Assembly (NCBI GenBank): GCA_963818095.1
Contig: CAWFRA010000011.1
Location: forward strand, 60,074 to 124,073
Direction: 5' to 3'
Length of the DNA stretch: 64,000 nt
Origin: an uncultured delta proteobacterium
GTDB taxonomy: Bacteria; Desulfobacterota; Syntrophorhabdia; Syntrophorhabdales; WCHB1-27
Below are positions 42,432 through 52,509 of this stretch, piece after piece. The position numbers and the translations under genes are program-made. A model generated the notes under the pieces. It ran no database searches, was not told the origin of the DNA, and saw only the letters and a list, made by a program, of their open reading frames with translations. The stretch's first letter is position 1. Each line of letters opens with the position of its first letter.

Positions 42432-43389
42432 TCAAGTCGAGAAGGACTTTGACGTGTCCGGCTCTTCCGCCTTTTCGAAGGCGAAAGAAGCATCTTCGAA
42501 AGGATATACGGCAGATACCAGGCGCTTCACGGCCACCCGGCCGGACGCAAGGGCGTCGATGGCGGGCGCGAAGGGGCCGCACCGCGACCCCACGATCACG
42601 ATCTCATCGACGACCACCCTCGACATGTCGACCTCGCGTCTTGGCGGCCGCCGTGCTCTTCAGCACGACGTCCCGCCGGGCTTTACGAAATCGAGGGCCG
42701 CCTCCAGCCCTGCTCACGAGCCGGTCGCCTCGACGACGATATCGTAGTCCCTTGCCTTCCTTATCTCGCCGCTCTTTCCTGTCTTTATCCCCTCTGCGGC
42801 CGCGAGGGCCAGCTTTACCGCGTGCCTGCCGCATAGCGTCACGTCTGCGCACGCAGCCTCTCATGGCAAAAGCCGCGAGCAGGCCCAGGCAGCCGTCGCC
42901 CAGTATAAGGACGCGGGCCGCGGGCCTTACGTGGACCTGCTCCATCACCTCGAAGGCGGCGGCGAGGGGCTCGGCGAAGACGGCCTCTTCGTCCGCGAGG
43001 CCGTCCGGGACCTCGTGCAGGTTCTTGATAGGGAGGGCGAAGTATTCGGCGAAGACGCCGTCCCTGCCCGCAATCCCGAGGGCCGACCTCTCCGGGCAAT
43101 GTTTCTCCAGCCCTCCGGCGCAGTATGCACACGTCGCCGCAGCCGCAGTTGATCTCGCCGACGACCCTTTTGCCCGCAAGGTCGGGACGGCCCGGCCCCG
43201 CCTCCTCGACGACGCCGACGAACTCATGGCCCGGTATGCCCCTGAAGCCCCTGTAGCCTTTCATGATCTCCTTGTCCGTCCCGCAGATGCCGGCCATGGA
43301 CACCCGTATCAGGGCCTCGCCCGGTCGCGGGTCGGGGCCGCCGGCACGGTAGTCGAGTCTTAGTCTCCCGTCAAAAAAAGTGCCTTCAT
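42432..43389 (-). CDS. zinc-dependent alcohol dehydrogenase family (frameshifted)
   Basis: AGICGTD, PGHEFVG, GEINCGC, EPLAAA, GSRCGPF. Confidence 0.88.
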
Positions 43390-43571
43390 ACAAAGTCTAC
43401 GTTATCACAGCCCCTTTCGGACCTAAAGCCAAAAAACCCCAAAGAGGACGTGAGATTGCTCTTGCCCCTTTCCTTTGTTATAATAGTTTTCAGAGGGAAA
43501 AAATCTCGCGCGACCGGCAAAAAATGATTACATTGTATAGACGAAACATAGAAAAAGTGCCTGGAGGACGC

Positions 43572-43883
43572 ATGGACCTGAAGGAGGAGATCGAGAAAGT
43601 CGCGTACGAGCTTTTCGAAAGGGACGGCAGGGAGCACGGAAAGGACAGGGAACACTGGCTCGAGGCGGAGAAGATCGTAAAGGCGAGGCGCACGCAGGGC
43701 CAGAAAGGAGCCGGGTCGCCGAAAGTCGAAAAGGCGCCCGTGCCCGCGAAGGCAGCGGCCCCCAAGACCCCGGCGGTGAAGCCTGCCTCCGGCGCCGCGG
43801 GCAGGCAGGCTGCGAAGCCCGCCGCCTCCAAGGCACCGACAAAAGAGCGGAAAGCACGACAAAAGTCGAAAAACGGCCATTGA
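43572..43883 (+). CDS. DUF2934 domain protein with Lys/Ala/Pro-rich tail
   Basis: EEIEKVAYELFE..G..HGKD.EHWLEAE. Confidence 0.85.
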   Translation: MDLKEEIEKVAYELFERDGREHGKDREHWLEAEKIVKARRTQGQKGAGSPKVEKAPVPAKAAAPKTPAVKPASGAAGRQAAKPAASKAPTKERKARQKSKNGH

Positions 43884-43971
43884 ACATAAGGCGGCCGGAA
43901 AAGGGACCGGGCGCCGGCTGCCGTACGACCATACGATAGATTTGCTATTTCGCCGGATATTCTCTTGCCCG

Positions 43972-45186
43972 CTATGGCCCTGTTGAGTTCCCGCCGGATA
44001 GCGCAGACGCCAGGGCGCGGGCTTTCTTCTTCCTGCTCAGGATAAAAAGGACCAGGGCGAATACATAGACCCCCGCAGTCGTCCCGAACACAAACCATGA
44101 CAACTTATTGACCAGCGCCAGAAGCGCGACCAGCCAGGCAAAATCGCGGTTGACCGTCAATGACGCCAGCCAGTTCGACTCGCTCGACGCCTGCTCTCCA
44201 GGACCGTGGCCCATATAGAGCTGGACCGAGATGGCGCAAAGGCCGAAGCCTGCGAGGAGGAACGCCAGCGCCCAGAGGTAGACCGGGTTGCCGGAACGGT
44301 AATAGAGGCCGAGGGTCATGCCTAGGAATATGGCGACGTGGACTACGTTGTCGCCCACGATATCGAGGTAGTGGCCGAAGTTGCTCTCCTGGAGCTTGAG
44401 CCTCGCAAGCTCGCCGTCGACCCCGTCGAGGATGGTTGATGCAAGGAAAAGCAGCCCGCCTGCAACCTGTGACGGATACGTCCCCTTCAAGAGAAGAAAC
44501 GCTCCCGCCAGCCCGACCGCGATATGGAAGAGCGTGAACATGTTGGGCGTCACGAACGTATCGGCGAGGCGGCTGCTGATGGGGCGCGAAAGGGGCCTGT
44601 GGATTTTCTTTGAGAAAAAGCTGTCCGTCTGTGCGGTCGAGGCGCCGACGGCGGCCACGAGGGACAGGCCGGCATCGGCCGCTTCCCTGGCATTGCGGGG
44701 AATTATGGGCAGGCCGGCTGCGACGGAAACGTGCTCGCACGAGATACCGGCCGGCAGTGACGAGCCGGGCGCCCGAAGTGTGTTCAAGACGTCGGGGACG
44801 CAACGGGCATAGACGAGACAGACCGAAAGGACACCCCCGTCGCCCGCCGCGTAGACGTCGCTCGGCCCGGCTCCTGCAGAAATGAGTTTTTTCAGGGACC
44901 AGGCGTCGATTACGGCCCCGGCCGCCATCACGAGGACCCTTTCGCCTGCATCGGCGCCCGGCCCGCATACAGCCGATAAGTCCGCCTCGCCGTCGACCTT
45001 CACAAAAGCGTCCCGCGGAACGAGGTCGTGAAGGACCCCGGCAAGGCCATCGTCACGCCCGATGACACTGACGTTATCGAAACCGCACCGGCGGGCAACG
45101 AGCGCAAGCCTCCTTGCGGCCGGCGTCCGGAAGACAGGCCGAAGGCCCGCCCCTTCGAAGTCTGCGATAATTGCGCGTCCGGCCAT
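43972..45186 (-). CDS. CDP-alcohol phosphotransferase with an N-terminal soluble domain
   Basis: RPLSRPIS, TPNMFT, DGVDGELAR...SNFGHYLDIVGD signature. Confidence 0.9.
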   Translation of the reverse strand: MAGRAIIADFEGAGLRPVFRTPAARRLALVARRCGFDNVSVIGRDDGLAGVLHDLVPRDAFVKVDGEADLSAVCGPGADAGERVLVMAAGAVIDAWSLKKLISAGAGPSDVYAAGDGGVLSVCLVYARCVPDVLNTLRAPGSSLPAGISCEHVSVAAGLPIIPRNAREAADAGLSLVAAVGASTAQTDSFFSKKIHRPLSRPISSRLADTFVTPNMFTLFHIAVGLAGAFLLLKGTYPSQVAGGLLFLASTILDGVDGELARLKLQESNFGHYLDIVGDNVVHVAIFLGMTLGLYYRSGNPVYLWALAFLLAGFGLCAISVQLYMGHGPGEQASSESNWLASLTVNRDFAWLVALLALVNKLSWFVFGTTAGVYVFALVLFILSRKKKARALASALSGGNSTGP

Positions 45187-45798
45187 CTACCCTTTCTCCA
45201 CGGCCTGCTGCTGGAGCTTCATCCTTTTGAGCAGCCCGTCATACGATTCCTGCTGAATGACTTTACCAAAGCTCTTGCGGTAGTTCTGCACTATGCTCAC
45301 GCCGTCTATCGCAACGTCCCTCACCAGTAGCCGCCCCTTTGCATCGGTAAGAAAGTAATCGACGGGTATCGCCTCGCTTGCCCTCTGCATGCGCGTCTTG
45401 ACCGTCGTCTGGCCATGTCCGTCCTCCTCGCCGGCATATGTGATCTTCTCCTTGCCGACGAAGTCGAGCACCAGCCTCGAGTACGAATCAAGAAAAAGGT
45501 CCTGGAAGATCGACTTGAACTCCGTGCGCTTCGCGGCGCTCATCCCGTTCCAGTGTGAGCCGAGCGCCTGCTGCGCCATATCGTCGAAATTGAAATTGGC
45601 CAAAATGATCTTCTTGATCTCGGCCCTTCTCGTCGGGCGCGCGGCCTGGCCCTGAAGGGCCGGGTCCGTCTGCACCGATATGACCGCTTCGAGCATTTTG
45701 TGGACGACGTCGGTCGCCGCGCCGGGGGCTGCAAGGCCCCTTTCCGGGAGGACCAGCATAACGGCCGCAAAAAGCAGAAGCATGATTTTCACTTTCAC
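45187..45798 (-). CDS. MlaC/Ttg2D/HpnM-family periplasmic lipid-binding protein
   Basis: Signal peptide, FNFDDMAQQALG.HW, VDY, DVAIDGVSIVQNYR..F. Confidence 0.9.
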   Translation of the reverse strand: MKVKIMLLLFAAVMLVLPERGLAAPGAATDVVHKMLEAVISVQTDPALQGQAARPTRRAEIKKIILANFNFDDMAQQALGSHWNGMSAAKRTEFKSIFQDLFLDSYSRLVLDFVGKEKITYAGEEDGHGQTTVKTRMQRASEAIPVDYFLTDAKGRLLVRDVAIDGVSIVQNYRKSFGKVIQQESYDGLLKRMKLQQQAVEKG

Positions 45799-48587
45799 GG
45801 TTCCTCCTTGAAACGGCGGGCGCGCTCGTCCTCGCCCTCTGCCGCATTCTTATCGGGGCTCTTTCTTCCCCTTATGGAGACATTTGCAGACGCATGAAGA
45901 AGGGCGGGCAGGAAAAGCACTGCGGCAGCAAGCACGCAGAGGCTGCCTATGGTCGTAAGCACGCCCAGGCTGCGTATACCCTGGTGGGTCGATATTATCA
46001 GGCTGCAAAAACCGACAGTCGTGGACAACCCGGCCAGGATCACCCCTGTGCCTGTGCTTATCGGCAGGCTGAACCCGGCGCGGTCGCTGCTCTGTAGCCA
46101 GCGCTGCACTACGATGATCCCGTACTCCACGCCCGCGCCCACTACGAGCGGCATGAATATGGTATTGGCAAGGTTCAGGTCGATCCCGAAGAGGTGCATC
46201 AGGCCGAGCGTCCAAAGCGTCCCCAGGATAAGGGGGGCCAGGGCAGCGGCAATCGGCACCGGGCTGCGCAGCGTCACCACAAGGATGAGCACTATGAAGA
46301 TCACAGCGTACACGGCTGCCATGATACAGGCGTTGCGGAAAGCCTTCGTAAAAACGGAAAGCGTTATCGGGTCGCCCGTCGCGTCTTTATCTACCGACCG
46401 GAGGTCGAGCACGAACTTGTCGAGCACATGGGGATCCCAAACGTTCCCCGCAGGGAAGATGCGGAGTATGTAAAGGTTGTCGGCGCCGACGAACCGGTCA
46501 TAGAGCGGCTTCGGCAGGTCCTCCGGCCGCAAGGGCTCCGTCTCGATATTCTCCCATAATAAAGAGAGTTTCTCGTTCAGGTCTTCGATCATCCGCAGCT
46601 CGAATGATTTCAGCCGTACTTCCAAAAGCGGCTTTCTTATAGTTGCGAAGTCTTTCCTGACGGCGTCGATCAGGCGCCTGACCTCCCGCATCTGCCTGCC
46701 GAGCGAGCCCGGGCCGTCGCCCCCGGCCGAGCCCGGATCGAGCATCTTGAAGCGTATTCGCGAAAAAACGGCGTCGAGCCGGTCGATATCGACGGGGCCT
46801 GAAGGCATGGGGATCGACCGGATGTCCCCTAGCACCGGCCGCAGCTCTTTGAGCATAAGAAGCTTACGGTCCTGGTTCGCGGGCATGACGCTCAGGATGC
46901 TGTTTACCTTGGAGACGCTCGGAAGGCGCTCGACCGCTTTAGTCTGCTTTTCGACCTCATCGAGGGAATGCGCAAAGAGTACGCCGTAAATACTCGCGTA
47001 CTTCGACCCCTGGATCAGCTTGTTCTCCCATATGACCGATTCGGCGCTCTTCGATTGCAGGTGAAGCATGTTCAGGTCGAACTTTAGGCCCCACATGGCC
47101 CAGACCGAGAGGACCGAAACGACGAGCGCGAGGCTCAGCAGGAAAAACGTCCGGGGCCGGGTGGTCCGCAAAAGCGGCTTTATCTCCTCGGTCACGGGCT
47201 CCCTGACGAGCCCTTTGCGAAAGCGGTCGACGAGCATTATCATCGCAGGCAGCAGGCCCATGGTGGCCAGCGTCGCAACCAGAAGCCCTATGCTGCAAAT
47301 GAGCCCCAATTCCGAAAGCCCCTTGAAGCTCGTAAGGACAAGGGGGAAAAACGAAAGCGAGGCGCAAATGCCTGCAAGAAAAATGGCGGGGCCCATCTGT
47401 TCCATGGTGGCTGAAAGGGCCTGCTTCGTCGAGACGAAGAAGCGCTGCCGCTCTTCGCTGTAGCGCGCGAACCAATGGACCCCGTAATCGATGCCGAGGC
47501 CGAGGAGCATGGGAGCAAAGGTGACCGAGAGCAAGTTGAGGTGCCCTATAACGATGGTGGTGATGCCGAAAGTGATGCACAGCGCAATGACGAGTACGGC
47601 TACGGCGAGGAGCGGCCTTCTGACGCCGCGCCAGAAAATGATAAGGAGTGCGGCGAGCCCGACTAGCGACAGCCCGGTGGCGAGCCCTATATCCTTCATC
47701 GCAATCTGTTTTTCGTCTTCGTCGAGCGCCTTCTGGCCGGTCACTCCCGCGTTGATGTCGCGATAGTCCGCCCTTAAGGCGGCCACGGTTTCCCGCAGCG
47801 CCTGCAACGGCGGTATGGCGAGACTGCCGACTTTGGACACAGGCTGCACGAAGATAAGCAGGTATTTATTGTCTTCAGTCCAGAAATAGCCTTCTTCGGA
47901 CTCGTCGGTCATGCCCTCCTTGAAAAAAGAGTCCCAGGGCGAGGCAAAGGCAGGCATAGGCGCGCCTTCGATCCGGTTTTTCATCTGGCGGAGCGTGCTG
48001 ATCAGGAAGCGCAGGTCCAGCGGGCTTTTCTTCGCCTTCTTGTCCGTGAGGAAGCCCGTGAACAGCTCCCCCACCATGCCCGAGGCCATCTCGTCGTTAA
48101 TCTCATGGAAGAGGACGTCGAGGCGGGGCGATTTTGAAAGCTGCGCGATAGAGGACGTGTGGTCGCGCAGGTTCTCCCCCAGTTCCGAAAGCTCTTTCTC
48201 GCTGAGGTAGAGGAGCCCCCAGCGCCTCATTGAAGCGGGGTCCACCCGCGCAAACACCTGGCTGTAGTGCTCGCGGTCCGCCTCCAGTTTTTTTGTGAGC
48301 CGGTTGACGAACTCCAGCGTCCTGTGGGTGTCCCGGTTCTCTACTACAACGACGAAGGCCTCCTGGTCGGAGAACCGGTCGGCCATCTTGAGAAGCTGCA
48401 TCATGCGGTCGCTGGGCGAGATGAGGGAGCGCTGGCTCGTCTCGAAACCGAGGTACCCGATTGTAACGACGACGGAGACGGCGGCGAGGGCGACCCAGAA
48501 AACGAGCGTCGCCAGTGGGTGCGCTATCTGGACGGCAACGAGCTTTTGCAGCCATCGCCGTATGTACCTGTGGTTGCCTACCTTCAC
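45795..48587 (-). CDS. MMPL-family RND lipid transporter (HpnN-like)
   Basis: Two TM repeats, GVTG..AL..DE, LGLGIDYGVH, GAGVEYGI, STTVGF.SL. Confidence 0.9.
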   Translation of the reverse strand: MKVGNHRYIRRWLQKLVAVQIAHPLATLVFWVALAAVSVVVTIGYLGFETSQRSLISPSDRMMQLLKMADRFSDQEAFVVVVENRDTHRTLEFVNRLTKKLEADREHYSQVFARVDPASMRRWGLLYLSEKELSELGENLRDHTSSIAQLSKSPRLDVLFHEINDEMASGMVGELFTGFLTDKKAKKSPLDLRFLISTLRQMKNRIEGAPMPAFASPWDSFFKEGMTDESEEGYFWTEDNKYLLIFVQPVSKVGSLAIPPLQALRETVAALRADYRDINAGVTGQKALDEDEKQIAMKDIGLATGLSLVGLAALLIIFWRGVRRPLLAVAVLVIALCITFGITTIVIGHLNLLSVTFAPMLLGLGIDYGVHWFARYSEERQRFFVSTKQALSATMEQMGPAIFLAGICASLSFFPLVLTSFKGLSELGLICSIGLLVATLATMGLLPAMIMLVDRFRKGLVREPVTEEIKPLLRTTRPRTFFLLSLALVVSVLSVWAMWGLKFDLNMLHLQSKSAESVIWENKLIQGSKYASIYGVLFAHSLDEVEKQTKAVERLPSVSKVNSILSVMPANQDRKLLMLKELRPVLGDIRSIPMPSGPVDIDRLDAVFSRIRFKMLDPGSAGGDGPGSLGRQMREVRRLIDAVRKDFATIRKPLLEVRLKSFELRMIEDLNEKLSLLWENIETEPLRPEDLPKPLYDRFVGADNLYILRIFPAGNVWDPHVLDKFVLDLRSVDKDATGDPITLSVFTKAFRNACIMAAVYAVIFIVLILVVTLRSPVPIAAALAPLILGTLWTLGLMHLFGIDLNLANTIFMPLVVGAGVEYGIIVVQRWLQSSDRAGFSLPISTGTGVILAGLSTTVGFCSLIISTHQGIRSLGVLTTIGSLCVLAAAVLFLPALLHASANVSIRGRKSPDKNAAEGEDERARRFKEEP

Positions 48588-49987
48588 CAGCTCCTTACTC
48601 CCATCGCGTACTCAAGCTGCGCCATGGACAGGTTGTAATTGAAGAGGGCCTCCAGGTACCTGCCCCTGTTCTGGCCGTACCGCTCGATGCCGCGCAGCAG
48701 GTCGTCGGCCGTCCCCGTTCCCATATCGAAGCTGGTCAGGGCTGCCACGATCCATTTCCTCGACGCTCCGGCTGCCTTATCATACGCCTCCACGGCCACT
48801 CTCCATTGCTTCACGTCCTGGTAAGCCTTCATTACCTGGATGGGGATATTGAGCTGAGCGTTGGTTTTGGTGTGGTTAAGGCGCTCATATTCCGCCCTCT
48901 CCTTCTCAACCCGGGCCTTCAGTATACCAAAATCGAAGTGCCAGTTCACCCCCGTCACCACGCCGCCATACGCGTGATTGAAATCGTCGGTGATATAGGG
49001 GTTGTGGAGCGTCTCACGCCCCGGCGCAACGGCCACGGACGCCACGGCGGCCGCAAAAAAGGACGGCATCCTGTCCGCCTGGGCTGCTTCGACGAGCGAT
49101 CTCTGGGCGGCGAGCCCCTTCTCCAACTGCTTGAACTCGGGCCGCTCTGCCAGCGCCTTGCTCACATACGAATCAGGCCCACCGAGCTCCTCCAGCCTGA
49201 ATTCGAGTGTCTTTTCCTTAGGCTCGAAGTCCTTGCCCGAAGAAAGCCCCAGGAGGCGCTTCAGCGCATAATACGATATATTGGCCCCTTTCTCGGCCTC
49301 CGCCCTTCCCCTGATTACATCCGCCCGGTAGGCATCGACCCTGTAAAGCTCGCTCTCCACAACGTTCGCCGAGCCGAGCTTGAGAAGGCGCTCCATGTGC
49401 GTCCTCGCCTCGTCGAAAAAGCCGCCCGCTTCTTTCGCGGCCTCTATCCCCGTCTTCGAAAGGACGAGGGCGTAATAAAGCTCCCTCACGCGTAAGGCGA
49501 TCTCGTTGCCCGTCTGCACCTCCTGGGCCTGGCGCGCGGCAACGCCCTGCTCGGCCGCATCGCGCCTGTTCGATATCTTGCCGAACGTATAGATGGGCTG
49601 CGTCATCATAAGGTTGAGCTTGCCGAAAACACCGATGGACCAGTAGCTCGATGTCGGGTCGATAATCCGGTTGCCTGCGACCTCCGGCCGTTTGGCGCCA
49701 TTTACCGGCCCCAACAAGCCTACGGTATCGATCTGCGGGAGAAAGCCCGCCCGCGCCTGGGCAAGGTCGCTCTTCGCCGAGGCGGACGCGCTCCGCTTTT
49801 CCGCCATCTCGGGGCTGAAGGCTACCGCCATGCGGATCATCTCCGGCAAGCCGAGCACCATCCTCTCCCCGCCAGTCTGTGCGCGCACGGCGCCCGCAAA
49901 CAAAACGAGAAGTGCGATACAGCAGGCGGCCGCACCCGGAAGCCGCCACATTCGGGTCACGAAAAACGCTTTTATGTGCGTCTCCAT
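48584..49987 (-). CDS. TolC family outer membrane protein
   Basis: Signal peptide, QPIYTFGK, ALAERPE, coiled-coil repeats. Confidence 0.88.
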   Translation of the reverse strand: METHIKAFFVTRMWRLPGAAACCIALLVLFAGAVRAQTGGERMVLGLPEMIRMAVAFSPEMAEKRSASASAKSDLAQARAGFLPQIDTVGLLGPVNGAKRPEVAGNRIIDPTSSYWSIGVFGKLNLMMTQPIYTFGKISNRRDAAEQGVAARQAQEVQTGNEIALRVRELYYALVLSKTGIEAAKEAGGFFDEARTHMERLLKLGSANVVESELYRVDAYRADVIRGRAEAEKGANISYYALKRLLGLSSGKDFEPKEKTLEFRLEELGGPDSYVSKALAERPEFKQLEKGLAAQRSLVEAAQADRMPSFFAAAVASVAVAPGRETLHNPYITDDFNHAYGGVVTGVNWHFDFGILKARVEKERAEYERLNHTKTNAQLNIPIQVMKAYQDVKQWRVAVEAYDKAAGASRKWIVAALTSFDMGTGTADDLLRGIERYGQNRGRYLEALFNYNLSMAQLEYAMGVRSW

Positions 49988-51051
49988 GTGACCTCCTTGT
50001 TATCTTCTCCTTTGCTGCTGATAACCCCGGCTTCGCCGTTGCCCGCCAGGGTCCCATTCCTCTTTGCCGTCCCGCCGACAAGGACCACGTAGACGGCCAG
50101 GCCGGCCCCCGCCCAGACAAGCTGCTCCAGACGCAGCGTTATGCCATAAGTAAGCCCCGCAGCCGAATTAAAGCCGAGGACGTGAAGACGATCACGCCGC
50201 GTCGTCTCCTGCACGCCGAAATCGACCGGGAGCGCAAAGGTGACCAGGTTAAACCAGATGCCCAGGCAGACGATTGCCGTAGCGAGCGGCATCGACGCCC
50301 CTCCGGTGACGAAAGCGAGGAAATAGTAAGCGGGCAGGATGCTCCACGTCAGGGCTGCAACGTGCCACATAACCGATAAAGGCATGTCGTAAGGGCGCAG
50401 CCGGTAGTACGCCCGCAGCCTCTGATCGACGTCGGTCGCATGAAGGGCGGCGGTCCGCAGGCCGGCGCCGCCGATACGATGGGCGACCGCCCAACGCACG
50501 ACTGCCCCCAGCTTGCCATACTTCTGGACGACAAAGAAGCCTATAATGCCGCAGGTGAGCAAGGCCGTGCCTGCGATCAGGGCGGCCCAAAGGCCGCCGG
50601 ACAGGGCGACCCGGCCGGAGATTATGATTCCGCTTCCCACAACGAAGACGATCTGGCCGAGCGCCTGGGAGAGCTTATCGATTATGACAGCGGAGGCCGC
50701 GTCCGCGCCCGTCCGGTTAGTCGACAGGAGGACGCCCTTTGCGACTTCGCCGCCGAAACCTGCGGTGGGGGTGAGGTGATTGATCGACGAGCCGGCGAGG
50801 CGGATCGCAAAAACCTTGGCAAAAGAGAGCGACCTGTGCACGCCCAACAGGCAGCATCGCCAGCCAATGGTATGGAAGACCTCGGTAACGCCGTCGAGGA
50901 GCACAAGGAGCAGAAAGCCCCACCCGAGCATCACCATCCTCTGCCATATCGCAAGCGGCCCTATTTTATAGATAAGGACGGCGAGCAGGATTACGCCGGA
51001 TGCTATGGCTATCAGATGGAATTTCTTCAACGTTTGGCTCCCTTGAAGCAA
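49972..51051 (-). CDS. lysylphosphatidylglycerol-synthase TM / flippase-like (UPF0104, HpnL-like) membrane protein
   Basis: Multi-TM, GWR, INHLTPT.GFGGEV.K, IIDK, FGVQE. Confidence 0.85.
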   Translation of the reverse strand: MLQGSQTLKKFHLIAIASGVILLAVLIYKIGPLAIWQRMVMLGWGFLLLVLLDGVTEVFHTIGWRCCLLGVHRSLSFAKVFAIRLAGSSINHLTPTAGFGGEVAKGVLLSTNRTGADAASAVIIDKLSQALGQIVFVVGSGIIISGRVALSGGLWAALIAGTALLTCGIIGFFVVQKYGKLGAVVRWAVAHRIGGAGLRTAALHATDVDQRLRAYYRLRPYDMPLSVMWHVAALTWSILPAYYFLAFVTGGASMPLATAIVCLGIWFNLVTFALPVDFGVQETTRRDRLHVLGFNSAAGLTYGITLRLEQLVWAGAGLAVYVVLVGGTAKRNGTLAGNGEAGVISSKGEDNKEVTWRRT

Positions 51052-51084
51052 ATCGCGGCACAGCGCCCGCTGCGCCCTCGTGTT

Positions 51085-51789
51085 TTAGACCGCGCCGTGT
51101 CCCCGCAGATAATCTTCCGCCGCCGCAACATCCTCCGGCCTGTCTACGTCGATCGTCTTTGCGACGGAGACGGCGCACAGCCTGAAACCCGCCTCCGGCA
51201 GGAAACAGAGGAATTGCCGCAGCGCGCTTAAGCGGCGCTCCCTCGCCGCTTCCACAAAATCGAAGACCGACGGCTCCAGCCTGTAAAAACCCGCAGTCAC
51301 GGTGCCCGCCGGGCCGTCCGTATGGCCGATCCTGCGTACCACGTGGTCGCGGCCGGCATCCACACGCAGGGGCTTCTCGTCATCGCTGAAGCGGGTTACA
51401 GCCAGCACGCCTTGCGCGGAGCGAAGGGCCGCCGCGCCGGCGAGGAACCGTTTTAGCGTAAGCGTCCTGAAAACCGTGTCCACCGTGAAAAGGACGAACG
51501 GCCCGTCCCGGAGGAGCGGGGCAAGCGCAATCAGGCTCTCCAGGGAGTTGTCCGTCGTCTTCTTTATCAGCTCGAAATCGAGCGGCCATTTCTCCGAGAG
51601 CAGGTACGCCTCGGTCTGAGGGCTCCGCTCGTTGATGATGCAGCACATGGAGGTGATTCCGGCCTTGTGGGCCACGCGTATGAGCCTGCCGATCATCGGC
51701 TCCCCGCAGATGGGCACCATCGGCTTCGGGACGGAGAACCCCGGGGCGAGGCGCTCCCCGAACCCTGCCGAGATGATGCCCGCCCTCAT
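51085..51789 (-). CDS. nucleotidyltransferase (candidate inositol-1-phosphate cytidylyltransferase)
   Basis: ISAGFGERL, PKPM, TVD, DDEKPL, IDVDRPED. Confidence 0.85.
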   Translation of the reverse strand: MRAGIISAGFGERLAPGFSVPKPMVPICGEPMIGRLIRVAHKAGITSMCCIINERSPQTEAYLLSEKWPLDFELIKKTTDNSLESLIALAPLLRDGPFVLFTVDTVFRTLTLKRFLAGAAALRSAQGVLAVTRFSDDEKPLRVDAGRDHVVRRIGHTDGPAGTVTAGFYRLEPSVFDFVEAARERRLSALRQFLCFLPEAGFRLCAVSVAKTIDVDRPEDVAAAEDYLRGHGAV

Positions 51790-52499
51790 AACGCCAGGGC
51801 CTCCAACTCGGAGAGCCTCGTTATGATCGCGTCTACGGGCGGCGCATTTTCCGGCATGCGGGGGGCCGGCCCCTTGAGCCAGATCGTCTTCATCCCGATC
51901 TCTGCGGCCGGTATCATGTCGCGCTCGTATGAATCCCCGATGAAGGCCGCCTGTTCGGGCCTTAAACCGAGCTTCTCAAGGGCGAGCATGAAGATGCGGG
52001 GGTCCGGCTTGCTGACTCCCACACGGCCGGAATCGATGACTACGTCGAAAGCGCCCGACAGCCCCGCCTCATCGAGGATAACCTCCAGATTGCCGAAAAA
52101 ATTGGAAACTATGCCGGTGCGGAAACGGCCCCTCACCGTCCGGAAAAGACCCGCCCGCAGGGACAGGGTATGCTCGGCACGCCCGCAGAACAAGTCCGCA
52201 AGCTGCCTGTGCATGGCCGCATCGTCAAAGCCGAGCGCCCTAAATTGATGGCCGACGTGCCGGTCGAGCAGGGTGCGCAGGCCCGCAGCCGGTAGCCCTG
52301 CGTCCGCGTGGCACGCGGAATCGGCCACGTAAAAGGCGCGCTTGATATCGTCTCTTTGGAACTGGAGCCCTTCGTGCTCGTAGAGCTCGAAAAACCTGTC
52401 AAGCCAATGTTCTCCGTCGGAATCGATAGTCCCCCCGAAATCAAAAAGGAGGGCCTCGCATCCACGGAACCTTTTGCAGTCCATGATGCCCCTCGTCAT
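51786..52499 (-). CDS. HAD-family hydrolase (phosphatase)
   Basis: FDFGGTIDS, VSNF, KPDPRIF, IGDSYERD. Confidence 0.9.
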   Translation of the reverse strand: MTRGIMDCKRFRGCEALLFDFGGTIDSDGEHWLDRFFELYEHEGLQFQRDDIKRAFYVADSACHADAGLPAAGLRTLLDRHVGHQFRALGFDDAAMHRQLADLFCGRAEHTLSLRAGLFRTVRGRFRTGIVSNFFGNLEVILDEAGLSGAFDVVIDSGRVGVSKPDPRIFMLALEKLGLRPEQAAFIGDSYERDMIPAAEIGMKTIWLKGPAPRMPENAPPVDAIITRLSELEALAL

Positions 52500-52509
52500 A
52501 AATACGTTT

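Noticed and set aside
45187-49987. Calling this a hopanoid biosynthesis cluster
   Set aside because: Only transport-type homologs are present; there is no squalene-hopene cyclase, HpnH or HpnG in the window.
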